DNA of 46,658 nucleotides from an uncultured Chloroherpeton sp. (GTDB lineage Bacteria; Bacteroidota; Ignavibacteria; Kapaibacteriales; UBA2268): NCBI GenBank assembly GCA_964405755.1, contig CAYOPF010000003.1, positions 1 to 46,658 of the forward strand, read 5' to 3'. Shown piece by piece: positions 38,301 to 45,341 of this stretch (position 1 is its first letter; each line of letters starts with the position of its first letter). The notes under the pieces were generated by a model. It saw only the letters and a program-made list of their open reading frames with translations, ran no database searches and was not told where the DNA came from. The position numbers and the translations under genes were made by a program.

Positions 38301-39139
38301 ATCCAGGAAAAACTTTGTTGCGTCCAAATCAAACTTTGGGACTTACTATCCGCTACACTCCATTAGATTTGGAGGTAAATAATGGTACAGTTGCTTTTAT
38401 ATATAATGGCACTCTCTCCCCTTTGAAAATTGGATTACTCGGCGAAGGTATTTCGCCAAGAATAGATACATTGACTATTTCGATTGATAATTATTCCGCA
38501 TCTCCGGGCGAAATTGTAGAAGTGCCAATTAAAATAAAAAATGCATCCCAAGAAGGAATAAGAAAATCTTTTACTGGAATTCGTACTCATTTGCGGTTTA
38601 ATTCTTCTTTGCTAGCTCCAATAGATTATTATCCAAATTGGATCGACGGCAACGATAGAGTGATGCTCTTAGATTTGCCACGAAATTTCGGACCCGATTC
38701 TGTATTGGCAAAAATACGATTCAAGGCGGCACTGGGGAATGATTCGCTATCCAATCTAAAATTGGAGTATTGCAGTCCAATTGGTTTAGGAAAACTTAAA
38801 GTATTCACCCAAAGCGGCTTATTTAGATTAACAGGTTTTTGCACCGAAGGTGGCGCCCGCTTGTTCGATTCCGAAGGTAAAGTGTATTTAAAACAGACAT
38901 TCCCAAACCCAACACAAGGATTTACAACCCTGGAATTTTCTGTTATCGAAATTGAAAATACAAAAATTTATTTAACAGATACCCAGGGAAGATTGGTTAA
39001 GGAAATTATAAACAAAGAATTAGCTCGAGGAGAATACTCTTTCAATCTCGATTTAAGAGATATTCCTGCTGGCACATATTTTTGCATAATGGAAACACCT
39101 ACTCGAAAATATTCTAAAACAATGATAATACAAAGGTAA
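35357..39139 (+). CDS. 1260-aa secreted multidomain protein: degenerate vWA, WD40 beta-propeller, Ig-like/choice-of-anchor-type repeats, cohesin-like segment and T9SS C-terminal sorting domain
   Basis: Signal peptide MKKLHKLIAALILLFSYASLYSQ. vWA-like FDLAMS...AILVTDGS. WD40 repeats such as SSADRSVIIWNANSG..LQGHTAEV and GKDGKLIVWDV, GNDGIAKVWDW. The C-terminal FPNPTQGFTTLEF...GTYFCIMETP...IIQR is a type-A T9SS sorting domain. Confidence 0.8.
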   Translation: MKKLHKLIAALILLFSYASLYSQSGIVIHKTNIQSYPEVHFELFIFDNDEVAPKLNYDKNNLVVMDNGLIPNNIEFLNQNQNILANASVSLHFDLAMSNNSKFGKSRFDIGKDFLLELIKVIDSNKIEVALSSFDAINYYHQGFAHSKYKLAKIVNGFQPEGASSIDQAFIDKPGGAAEIHKTSKYLKFAILVTDGSLFIEKDKVIKEMKDNLIRPLVIVIGKPASKDILELVEATNGYFVDEIEPTNNLGALAKYFYSLILGYTPSLLSYSDRNICNDYHDVEISLPGKGYKTATTYKIESFKKPLLVANPPALGFSSVLPGTSKDLDIAITAVNGNIKIKKFSIQDIRYQIVKGNIGQEIILPENQSINLTVRYTPSDSAITFTTLEIDAEACMGREIYLTGGFPNTPPADRTIKLLTPECKTTLVPGDTFSIRWTGLLPKDVIQLEYSIDNGRNWDTLARNVQDLSYLWTVPNVQSNECLIRAIQLWPNNVGRTLDLRHLGEVNTAFFNSEGDLVITSSADRSVIIWNANSGRILHNLQGHTAEVKFADFNNKGDRAASVGKDGKLIVWDVISGIKLMDKELGKTANSVRFSNDDKYILVSCNDGCADVFSATDLSEVADVRAYKNGVCWYAEFSNDDKYILTAGNDGIAKVWDWKNQINNPVKIFDTRVASEVNPNEKYGNATYASFNHNTTKVAVVSLQTKKIYVFDFNTTDTLYTIQHKEGVVHFSASFYYSTKYGEMLLTTSEEDVRLWDANKGLPGLPHIIKEHTKSVLTAVFNFDAKRILTASRDFTAKIWNLEQRDLQMDTTDCLFRIKPIAMELVNIDFGDVPIFSSKDTVINNFLTNKTDFNFQIRKIDILGGENSKFQFLNDIEVPFYLDTLIPLKAKMQFRPTQPGKIFDTVNVLTSGGKFKAVLTGNGVDRGIYSYMNIIDFDQIEIGDSRDSTISLMVVNKGFFDVEVEKIELQKPDTTHFRIINNPGKTLLRPNQTLGLTIRYTPLDLEVNNGTVAFIYNGTLSPLKIGLLGEGISPRIDTLTISIDNYSASPGEIVEVPIKIKNASQEGIRKSFTGIRTHLRFNSSLLAPIDYYPNWIDGNDRVMLLDLPRNFGPDSVLAKIRFKAALGNDSLSNLKLEYCSPIGLGKLKVFTQSGLFRLTGFCTEGGARLFDSEGKVYLKQTFPNPTQGFTTLEFSVIEIENTKIYLTDTQGRLVKEIINKELARGEYSFNLDLRDIPAGTYFCIMETPTRKYSKTMIIQR

Positions 39140-39140
39140 A

Positions 39141-40394
39141 ATGGAAAAAGTTCAGGCAATACGCGGTACAAAGGATATTCTACCTGATAATATTTATTTA
39201 TGGCACTTTCTATTCGATAAATTTAAAGAAATATCCAACAGATTTAATTACTCCGAAATCCGTACACCAATTTTCGAGAAAACCGAAGTGTTCCATCGTA
39301 GTATTGGTGAAGGCACCGATATTGTGAATAAGGAAATGTACACATTTATCGATAAAGGGGACGAATCGGTAACATTACGACCGGAAGCAACTGCGGCATT
39401 GGTTCGTTCGATAATTCAGAATTCATTGAATTACGAAAATCCAATTCTAAGATTGTGGTACTTTGGACCTTTTTTCAGATACGAACGCCCTCAAAAAGGG
39501 AGGTTGCGTCAATTCCATCAATACGGTGCAGAATTAATTGGCTCCCCCAATCCCGAAGCAGATATCGAAATTATTCTATTGGCAATAGAATTGATTAAAA
39601 ATATTGGAATTAATGAATATACACTTTTAGTTAATTCTTTGGGAAATGAGCAGTCCCGAGCTAATTATCGAACTGCTTTAATTATTTTTCTTAAAGATAA
39701 TTCCGAAAAACTTTCTGTGGAAAGCAGAAACAGATTGGAGGTTAATCCCCTGCGTGTGCTCGATTCCAAAGATGAAAATGATATAAAAATATTGGAAAAT
39801 GCACCAGCAATTATAGATAGTTTGGACGAAGAGAGCAAGTTACATTTCAATTCCGTACTTCAAGGTTTGGACGAATTAGGTATTAATTATGAAATAAGCA
39901 ATAAATTAGTTCGTGGGTTGGATTATTATTCGCATACCGTTTTCGAATTCCGAAGCAATTATCTCGGCAGCCAGGATTCATTTGGTGGAGGTGGCCGATA
40001 TGATGGTTTATTCGAGCAATTGGGAGGCAAACCCACACCAGCTGTTGGTTTTGCTTTTGGAATAGAGAGGCTGCTTTTAATTTTGCAGCAAATCGGCAAG
40101 TTACCCGAAAATCGTCAACAAATTGATTATTATTTTATAATCCAAAAGAGTGAATATTACAATTTTGCACAAGGTATCGCCAATAAACTTCGACAAAATG
40201 GCAAGTCGGTACTTGTTGAAATTCTTCGACGCTCGTTTAAAGCACAAATGAGGGAAGCAAACAAAGTTACAGCAAATTATGCCGTGATAATTGGTGAAAG
40301 CGAATTTTTGGAAAATAAACTAACTGTAAAAAAATTAGCTGATTCCACCCAGGAAACATTATTGGCTACAGAATTTCTGAAATTACATCAATGA
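39141..40394 (+). CDS. hisS: Histidyl-tRNA synthetase
   Basis: RGTKDILP, LRPEATA and FRYERPQKGRLRQFHQ (class II motifs). It starts 1 nt after the preceding stop. Confidence 0.95.
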   Translation: MEKVQAIRGTKDILPDNIYLWHFLFDKFKEISNRFNYSEIRTPIFEKTEVFHRSIGEGTDIVNKEMYTFIDKGDESVTLRPEATAALVRSIIQNSLNYENPILRLWYFGPFFRYERPQKGRLRQFHQYGAELIGSPNPEADIEIILLAIELIKNIGINEYTLLVNSLGNEQSRANYRTALIIFLKDNSEKLSVESRNRLEVNPLRVLDSKDENDIKILENAPAIIDSLDEESKLHFNSVLQGLDELGINYEISNKLVRGLDYYSHTVFEFRSNYLGSQDSFGGGGRYDGLFEQLGGKPTPAVGFAFGIERLLLILQQIGKLPENRQQIDYYFIIQKSEYYNFAQGIANKLRQNGKSVLVEILRRSFKAQMREANKVTANYAVIIGESEFLENKLTVKKLADSTQETLLATEFLKLHQ

Positions 40395-41701
40395 AAAATT
40401 TACTTGTAATCACTTATTATTTTCCTCCATCCGGTGGTCCTGGCGTTCAACGAGTTCTAAAGCACGTCAAGTACCTTCGGGAATTTGGCTGGAACCCGAT
40501 TGTTTTTACTGTGCGCGATGCCGATTATCCGGCGTTTGATTATAGTTTAATCGACGAAATTCCAAAAGATATAAAAGTGATTCGCAGCAAAATTTTCGAA
40601 CCTTATAATTTTTATCGTAAATTAACAGGAAAGAAACCCGGCGAACCCGTCGATGTGAATATAATAAAAAAAGAAGGTGCAAAATTAAGTTTTAAAGAGC
40701 AGATTATCGAATTCATTCGTGGCACTTTTTTCATACCCGATGCACGAATTGGTTGGTACTTTACAAGTAAAAGAGAACTTAAAGAAGTAATTAAAGAAAA
40801 TAATATTGACGCAATTTATAGTTCTTCGCCTCCATACACTTGTTCTGTTATTGCCAAATATGCTAAGAAAAAGCTGAAAGTGCCTTGGATTGCAGGTTTT
40901 CGCGACCCCTGGACTGACTTTATTCAAGCACCACCGCGTTGGTTCTTGCCAAAGTATATAGATAAGTCAATGGAAAAGAATGTATTCACCACTGCCGATG
41001 CAGTCGAGGTTGCTTGGTTGGGAATACAAAAAGATGCTTTACAAAAATATCCTAATCTGCCAAACGACAAATTTATCCATATTCCCAATGGATTCGATTC
41101 CGACGATTATCCCAATATTGAGCAAAAGCGTAATGAAGTATTTACATTAACATATACTGGTTCGATGTATGGCAAGCGAAATCCAAAAGCATTATTCGAT
41201 GCTATAGAAATCTTAATTCAAGAGTCCAAAATCACAAATAAAGATTTTATCTTGCAATTTATAGGTCGGTTCGGCCAAGAAGTTCATCAAATGATGAACC
41301 AAACTTCGTTCAAAGATAGAATAATCAACATCAATTACATTCCTCATAACGAAAGTATTAAGAAATTGCTCGAGAGCGATGCACTATTGTTGATTGTTGA
41401 CGAAAGCAAGGAAAGCGAAGAAATCGTTCCAGGCAAGGTGTACGAATATCTTGGTACCTATAAACCGCTGCTTGTGGTTGCACCCGAGCAAGGAGCAATT
41501 GCCGATTTAATTCAAGAAACTGGTGCGGGATTGATTGCTCACCAATCGAACACAAAAAAAATAGCTGATAACTTTTATCAACTATTTGAACTATGGAAAT
41601 CGAATAATTTTTTGAATTCCATCAATGTTCAATCCATTAAAGGCTACGAACGTAAAGAATCTGCACGAAAATTAGCAGATTTATTGAATAAAATATCTTG
41701 A
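40391..41701 (+). CDS. GT-B fold glycosyltransferase (GT4-like)
   Basis: The N-terminal YYFPPSGGPGVQR and a C-terminal E-x7-E-like segment (GKVYEYLGTYKPLLV). Its start overlaps the hisS stop (ATGA). Confidence 0.7.
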   Translation: MKNLLVITYYFPPSGGPGVQRVLKHVKYLREFGWNPIVFTVRDADYPAFDYSLIDEIPKDIKVIRSKIFEPYNFYRKLTGKKPGEPVDVNIIKKEGAKLSFKEQIIEFIRGTFFIPDARIGWYFTSKRELKEVIKENNIDAIYSSSPPYTCSVIAKYAKKKLKVPWIAGFRDPWTDFIQAPPRWFLPKYIDKSMEKNVFTTADAVEVAWLGIQKDALQKYPNLPNDKFIHIPNGFDSDDYPNIEQKRNEVFTLTYTGSMYGKRNPKALFDAIEILIQESKITNKDFILQFIGRFGQEVHQMMNQTSFKDRIININYIPHNESIKKLLESDALLLIVDESKESEEIVPGKVYEYLGTYKPLLVVAPEQGAIADLIQETGAGLIAHQSNTKKIADNFYQLFELWKSNNFLNSINVQSIKGYERKESARKLADLLNKIS

Positions 41702-41705
41702 CAAA

Positions 41706-42179
41706 TTATTTTAATTCAACGCTTATTTTTTCTAATTTCATATCTGGATCGAACCAGAAGTACATACTACTGAAAATTTCTTCTATAGGGTATTCCCACA
41801 AGTAACCTTTACCATTTGCTCTTTCGATTTCTTCGTTTGGTTTTCCTAACTTTTTCTCAATATCCTTGTTTGTAGAATTCATGGTGAGTCCTTTATAGGA
41901 AAAATTCTTCGAGTCCGAGAAAAATATTACTCTTACAACCATTTTTTTGTCGATAACAGCTCCAAAGTCTTTGAAATCGAAAAAGACTTCCGTACTGTTT
42001 TCGCCTGTGCAAAGAGGTGAAATGTCGTTTGGAATACCAGCGTCTTTCATGAACACGTTGAATCGGGCACCACAGTAGTTAATGATTTTTTGAGTTTGAT
42101 TAGCATCTTGAGCAAACAAAAATGTTGTACTCGATAGGAACAGAAATAGCACAAAAGTAGTTGCTACTAATTTTTTCAT
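41706..42179 (-). CDS. Secreted hypothetical protein
   Basis: The start is set at MKKLVATTFVLFLFLSSTTFLFAQD, which has the SD AAGGAGG upstream. I recognise no family. Confidence 0.5.
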   Translation of the reverse strand: MKKLVATTFVLFLFLSSTTFLFAQDANQTQKIINYCGARFNVFMKDAGIPNDISPLCTGENSTEVFFDFKDFGAVIDKKMVVRVIFFSDSKNFSYKGLTMNSTNKDIEKKLGKPNEEIERANGKGYLWEYPIEEIFSSMYFWFDPDMKLEKISVELK

Positions 42180-42407
42180 AAGGCAAGCCTCCTTAATTTT
42201 GTTAGTTACAAATATTAGTAAATTCAAAAATAATAAAAAATAATCTATTCAATAATTAAATAGTCCATTTTTTTAATTGAACCAGCTTTTATTAAAAACA
42301 AATCAAAAATAGATCATTAATAAAATACGAGCCTGAATTAATATTTTAAATTTATTATCAAAAAAATATAAAAATAAAAAAAATAATCTACAAACAATTA
42401 ATTTTAA

Positions 42408-42415
42408 TAAATTTG
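42408..42415 (+). promoter_or_regulatory. Candidate -7 promoter element TAAATTTG for the DUF485-actP operon
   Basis: Matches TAnnTTTG in a very AT-rich 235-bp upstream region, 48 nt before the ATG at 42463. Confidence 0.3.
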
Positions 42416-42462
42416 TAAAAACAAAAATGATTTTTTTCAACAAATTTTAAAATGGAGATTCT

Positions 42463-42744
42463 ATGCTACACGAACCTTCGGTTGAAATGGGAAAAGACAA
42501 CTCAATCGAGAAAAAAACCAGACTGGGAGTTAAGATGTTCATTGTATACTTAGTTACTTATTTTGGTTTTGTGATTATTGGTACGATATCGCCCAAAACA
42601 TTAGGATTAAATGTACTTGGTTTGGCGAATTTAGCAGTTATTTACGGGATGGGCCTTATTGTTTTGGCCGGTTTCATGGGAATAATCTATAATTATTTCT
42701 GCTCTAAATATGAGGACACATTGAATAAGGAGGAAGGCAAATGA
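42463..42744 (+). CDS. DUF485 (YjcH-like) small membrane protein
   Basis: 93 aa with two TM segments. It overlaps the start of the downstream acetate-permease homolog by 4 nt, the classic yjcH-actP arrangement. Confidence 0.8.
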   Translation: MLHEPSVEMGKDNSIEKKTRLGVKMFIVYLVTYFGFVIIGTISPKTLGLNVLGLANLAVIYGMGLIVLAGFMGIIYNYFCSKYEDTLNKEEGK

Positions 42745-44648
42745 TTTACGATGTATCAATAACAGCAATTGTAATTTTTCTGTGTTTCGTAGCAGCTGTA
42801 TTGGGATTGTCCTTCTATTTTGCGCGAAAGACTAAGTCGGCAAGCGGTTATTATGCCGCTGGTGGTCAAATCCATTGGGCAGTTAATGGAATTGCTTTTG
42901 CAGGCGATTATCTCTCTGCTGCTTCATTTTTGGGTATTTGCGGAATGATTGCTTTCTACGGTTACGATGGTTTTCTTTATTCAATAGGTTATTTAGCTGG
43001 TTGGGTAGTAGCATTGTTCATTGTTGCAGAACCACTTAAGCGTATGGGCAAATACACTTTTGCAGATGCATTGGATTCTAAATTCGATTCCAAAGGCATC
43101 AAGTTAACAGCCGCAATTAGCACACTTGTTGTTTCCATTTTCTATTTGATACCTCAGATGGTTGGTGCAGGTGCATTAATCACCCCATTGTTCGGGCTCC
43201 CTCATTGGGTTGGTGTCGTTATGGTTGGCTCTATTGTGATTTTTATCGTAGCAACTGCTGGAATGACCTCAACAACTTATGTTCAATTTATTAAAGGTGC
43301 TTTATTAATTCTCTTTTCTTTTGCTATTGTATATATGGTATTAAGCAAAGGATTGAACACATCCCCAAGTGAAGAATACCATAAATTCAAGTCTACACCA
43401 ATAGAAATGCAAGATGGTAACGTAACCAATGTTTTAGACCAAAACTACAAATTAATTACCCAACATACCGAGAAAGGTTTTATCTTCGTTAAACTCGAAC
43501 AGGACGGAATTATTTCCTGGTGGAAAATTAACGAAACAGTACAGCCACCTGTTTTGGAAGAAGCTCTATCTGTAGTCGAAACCGCTGAGGGCACAAAACT
43601 TTACAATGGATATCCTAAGGAAGACAGAAAATTCTTCCAGGTGGGACACATTCAAAAAATAATTATTGACGGCAAGGAAGTTGAAAATACAGGTTCGGTG
43701 GGACCTATTGAATTTATTAGAAATATAGAATCTTCAGTTATTGTAAGGTTTACAAAAGTTGCTTTCTCGCTTGATGGCGAAAAAGTGACCGTGTTTTACC
43801 AAAATCCAACTGAAGGATCTAAATTATTAAAACCAGGGGCATACTATAAATTGGATGATGGAGCAACATTTTGGAGCAGACTGGACTTCATCTCATTGAT
43901 GTTGGCTTTATTCCTGGGTACATCTGCCCTTCCTCACGTATTAATTAGATATTATACTGTACCAAGTCAAAGAGCTGCCCGTAAATCTACGATTTTGGCA
44001 ATTTTTGCAATTGGTACATTTTATATTCTTACTTTATATTTGGGCTTAGGAGCAATGATTAATGGTGGACTCGATCCCGAAAACTCCAATATGACCGCTC
44101 CACTTTTGGCTAAAACATTTGGTTTAACAATATTTTCTATTATATCGGCTATTGCTTTTGCAACAATATTAGGTACTGTAAGTGGTTTGATTGTTGCGGC
44201 ATCGGGAGCTGTTGCTCACGACTTAATGGATAAATTTATGAAAGTTAAAATGACTGAAAAATCCAAAGTTACCTACGGCAGAATGGCTGCAGTTGTTGTT
44301 GGATTAATAGCAATCATTTTAGGTATAATATTCGAAAAGCAGAATGTTAATTTTTTGGTTGGATTGGCTTTTGCGATTGCAGCATCGGCAAACCTACCAG
44401 CGATTCTTATGCTACTTTTCTGGAAGAAAACAACTGCAAAGGGTATTTCGTGGGCGATCGTTGTTGGTGCTACTTCGGCTTTACTAATGATTTTGATGTC
44501 GCCAACAATGTATGATATTTATGGACTACCTCCAGACCAAGCATTAATTCCTTTACAAAATCCTGGCATTGTTTCAATTCCATTGGGCTTTTTAACGCTA
44601 ATTCTTGTTTCTCTTTTTACCCAGAAGAAGAATCAGCTAAGCCAATAA
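42741..44648 (+). CDS. actP: Cation/acetate symporter ActP homolog (SSF family) with a large inserted hydrophilic domain
   Basis: YYAAGG, IAFAGDYLSAASFLG, GLPHVLIRYYTV and ARKS match ActP. Residues ~202-381 are a non-membrane insertion. Confidence 0.85.
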   Translation: MIYDVSITAIVIFLCFVAAVLGLSFYFARKTKSASGYYAAGGQIHWAVNGIAFAGDYLSAASFLGICGMIAFYGYDGFLYSIGYLAGWVVALFIVAEPLKRMGKYTFADALDSKFDSKGIKLTAAISTLVVSIFYLIPQMVGAGALITPLFGLPHWVGVVMVGSIVIFIVATAGMTSTTYVQFIKGALLILFSFAIVYMVLSKGLNTSPSEEYHKFKSTPIEMQDGNVTNVLDQNYKLITQHTEKGFIFVKLEQDGIISWWKINETVQPPVLEEALSVVETAEGTKLYNGYPKEDRKFFQVGHIQKIIIDGKEVENTGSVGPIEFIRNIESSVIVRFTKVAFSLDGEKVTVFYQNPTEGSKLLKPGAYYKLDDGATFWSRLDFISLMLALFLGTSALPHVLIRYYTVPSQRAARKSTILAIFAIGTFYILTLYLGLGAMINGGLDPENSNMTAPLLAKTFGLTIFSIISAIAFATILGTVSGLIVAASGAVAHDLMDKFMKVKMTEKSKVTYGRMAAVVVGLIAIILGIIFEKQNVNFLVGLAFAIAASANLPAILMLLFWKKTTAKGISWAIVVGATSALLMILMSPTMYDIYGLPPDQALIPLQNPGIVSIPLGFLTLILVSLFTQKKNQLSQ

Positions 44649-44658
44649 ATAATATCGT

Positions 44659-44680
44659 GGGGCGAACGGCAGTTCGCCCC
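44659..44680 (+). terminator. GC-rich hairpin directly after actP; terminator-like but without a U-tract
   Basis: GGGGCGAAC-ggca-GTTCGCCCC is a perfect 9-bp stem 11 nt after the actP stop. It is followed by TACATCATTT, not a T-run. Confidence 0.45.
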
Positions 44681-44718
44681 TACATCATTTATTGCTTTGC
44701 AATCGACTTCACCCCAAT

Positions 44719-44739
44719 CCCTCTCCTAACAGGCGAGGG
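44719..44739. repeat. GC-rich REP-like hairpin
   Basis: CCCTCTCCT-aac-AGGCGAGGG is a 9-bp stem with one mismatch. Confidence 0.6.
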
Positions 44740-44802
44740 GCTAAAAAGAGCGTTAGAAAAAACATTTATAATAATTCCATTAATAAATTACACTAATCAT
44801 AG

Positions 44803-44822
44803 CCTACGAATTCATTCGTGGG
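44803..44822. repeat. REP-like hairpin
   Basis: CCTACGAAT-tc-ATTCGTGGG is a 9-bp stem with one G-T pair. Confidence 0.6.
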
Positions 44823-44863
44823 TGAATTAAATAAAAACACAGCAAAAACAATCATATTCCTAT

Positions 44864-44990
44864 CTGTGAGGGGGACAAAGGTGGAGTTCAAAGCGAACTC
44901 ACCCCCTAACCCCCTCTCTTAAGAAGAGAGGAGGAGAAACGAATCAAGCTATTTTCCCCCTCTTGAACAGAGGTTCAGGGGGAGTGTCGT
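44864..44990. repeat. GC-rich composite repeat unit, copy 1, containing two or three hairpins
   Basis: The first ~75 nt are ~80% identical to 45124-45200 by hand alignment. The shared core is GAGGGGGA..AAGG.GGAG...AGCGAACTCACCCCC.AA.CCCCCTCTCTTA.GAAGAGAGG. The internal stem is CCTCTCTT/AAGAGAGG (44913-44931), with a second hairpin at 44959-44982. Confidence 0.7.
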
Positions 44991-45046
44991 GAACTCCTTT
45001 TTCAGATAGCTTAATTGTATTCGCATATTTTAACACACCCCTTTAT

Positions 45047-45063
45047 CCCCTCTTATAGAGGGG
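45047..45063. repeat. GC-rich hairpin followed by a T-run
   Basis: CCCCTCT-tat-AGAGGGG is a perfect 7-bp stem, followed by AATTATTCTTTTTTTT. Confidence 0.55.
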
Positions 45064-45123
45064 AATTATTCTTTTTTTTAAGTGAAGTTTTTTTATATTT
45101 TTATCTTACGGCATCTCATCCTC

Positions 45124-45246
45124 CTCACAGAGGGGGATGAAGGCGGAGGTACGAGCGAACTCACCCCCCAAGCCCCCTCTCTTAGGAAGAGAGGGGGAGA
45201 GAGAAAAAAGCACACCCCCCCTCTTTTTAAGAGCGGGCAGGGGTAG
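45124..45246. repeat. GC-rich composite repeat unit, copy 2
   Basis: Related to 44864-44990. It contains a perfect 11-bp stem CCCCCTCTCTT-agg-AAGAGAGGGGG (45173-45197) and a second hairpin at 45217-45237. Confidence 0.7.
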
Positions 45247-45341
45247 TTCTTTTTTTCTATTGCGACAAAAAAAATATTTTTATGTATATTGAAACAAAAA
45301 CGGGGTTTAATGGATTATATAGATATTAGTAATTTGCAATT

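Noticed and set aside
44650-45300. Possible CRISPR array
   Set aside because: The repeats differ in sequence and length, the spacing is irregular, most are self-complementary hairpins rather than one repeated unit, and no cas genes are nearby.
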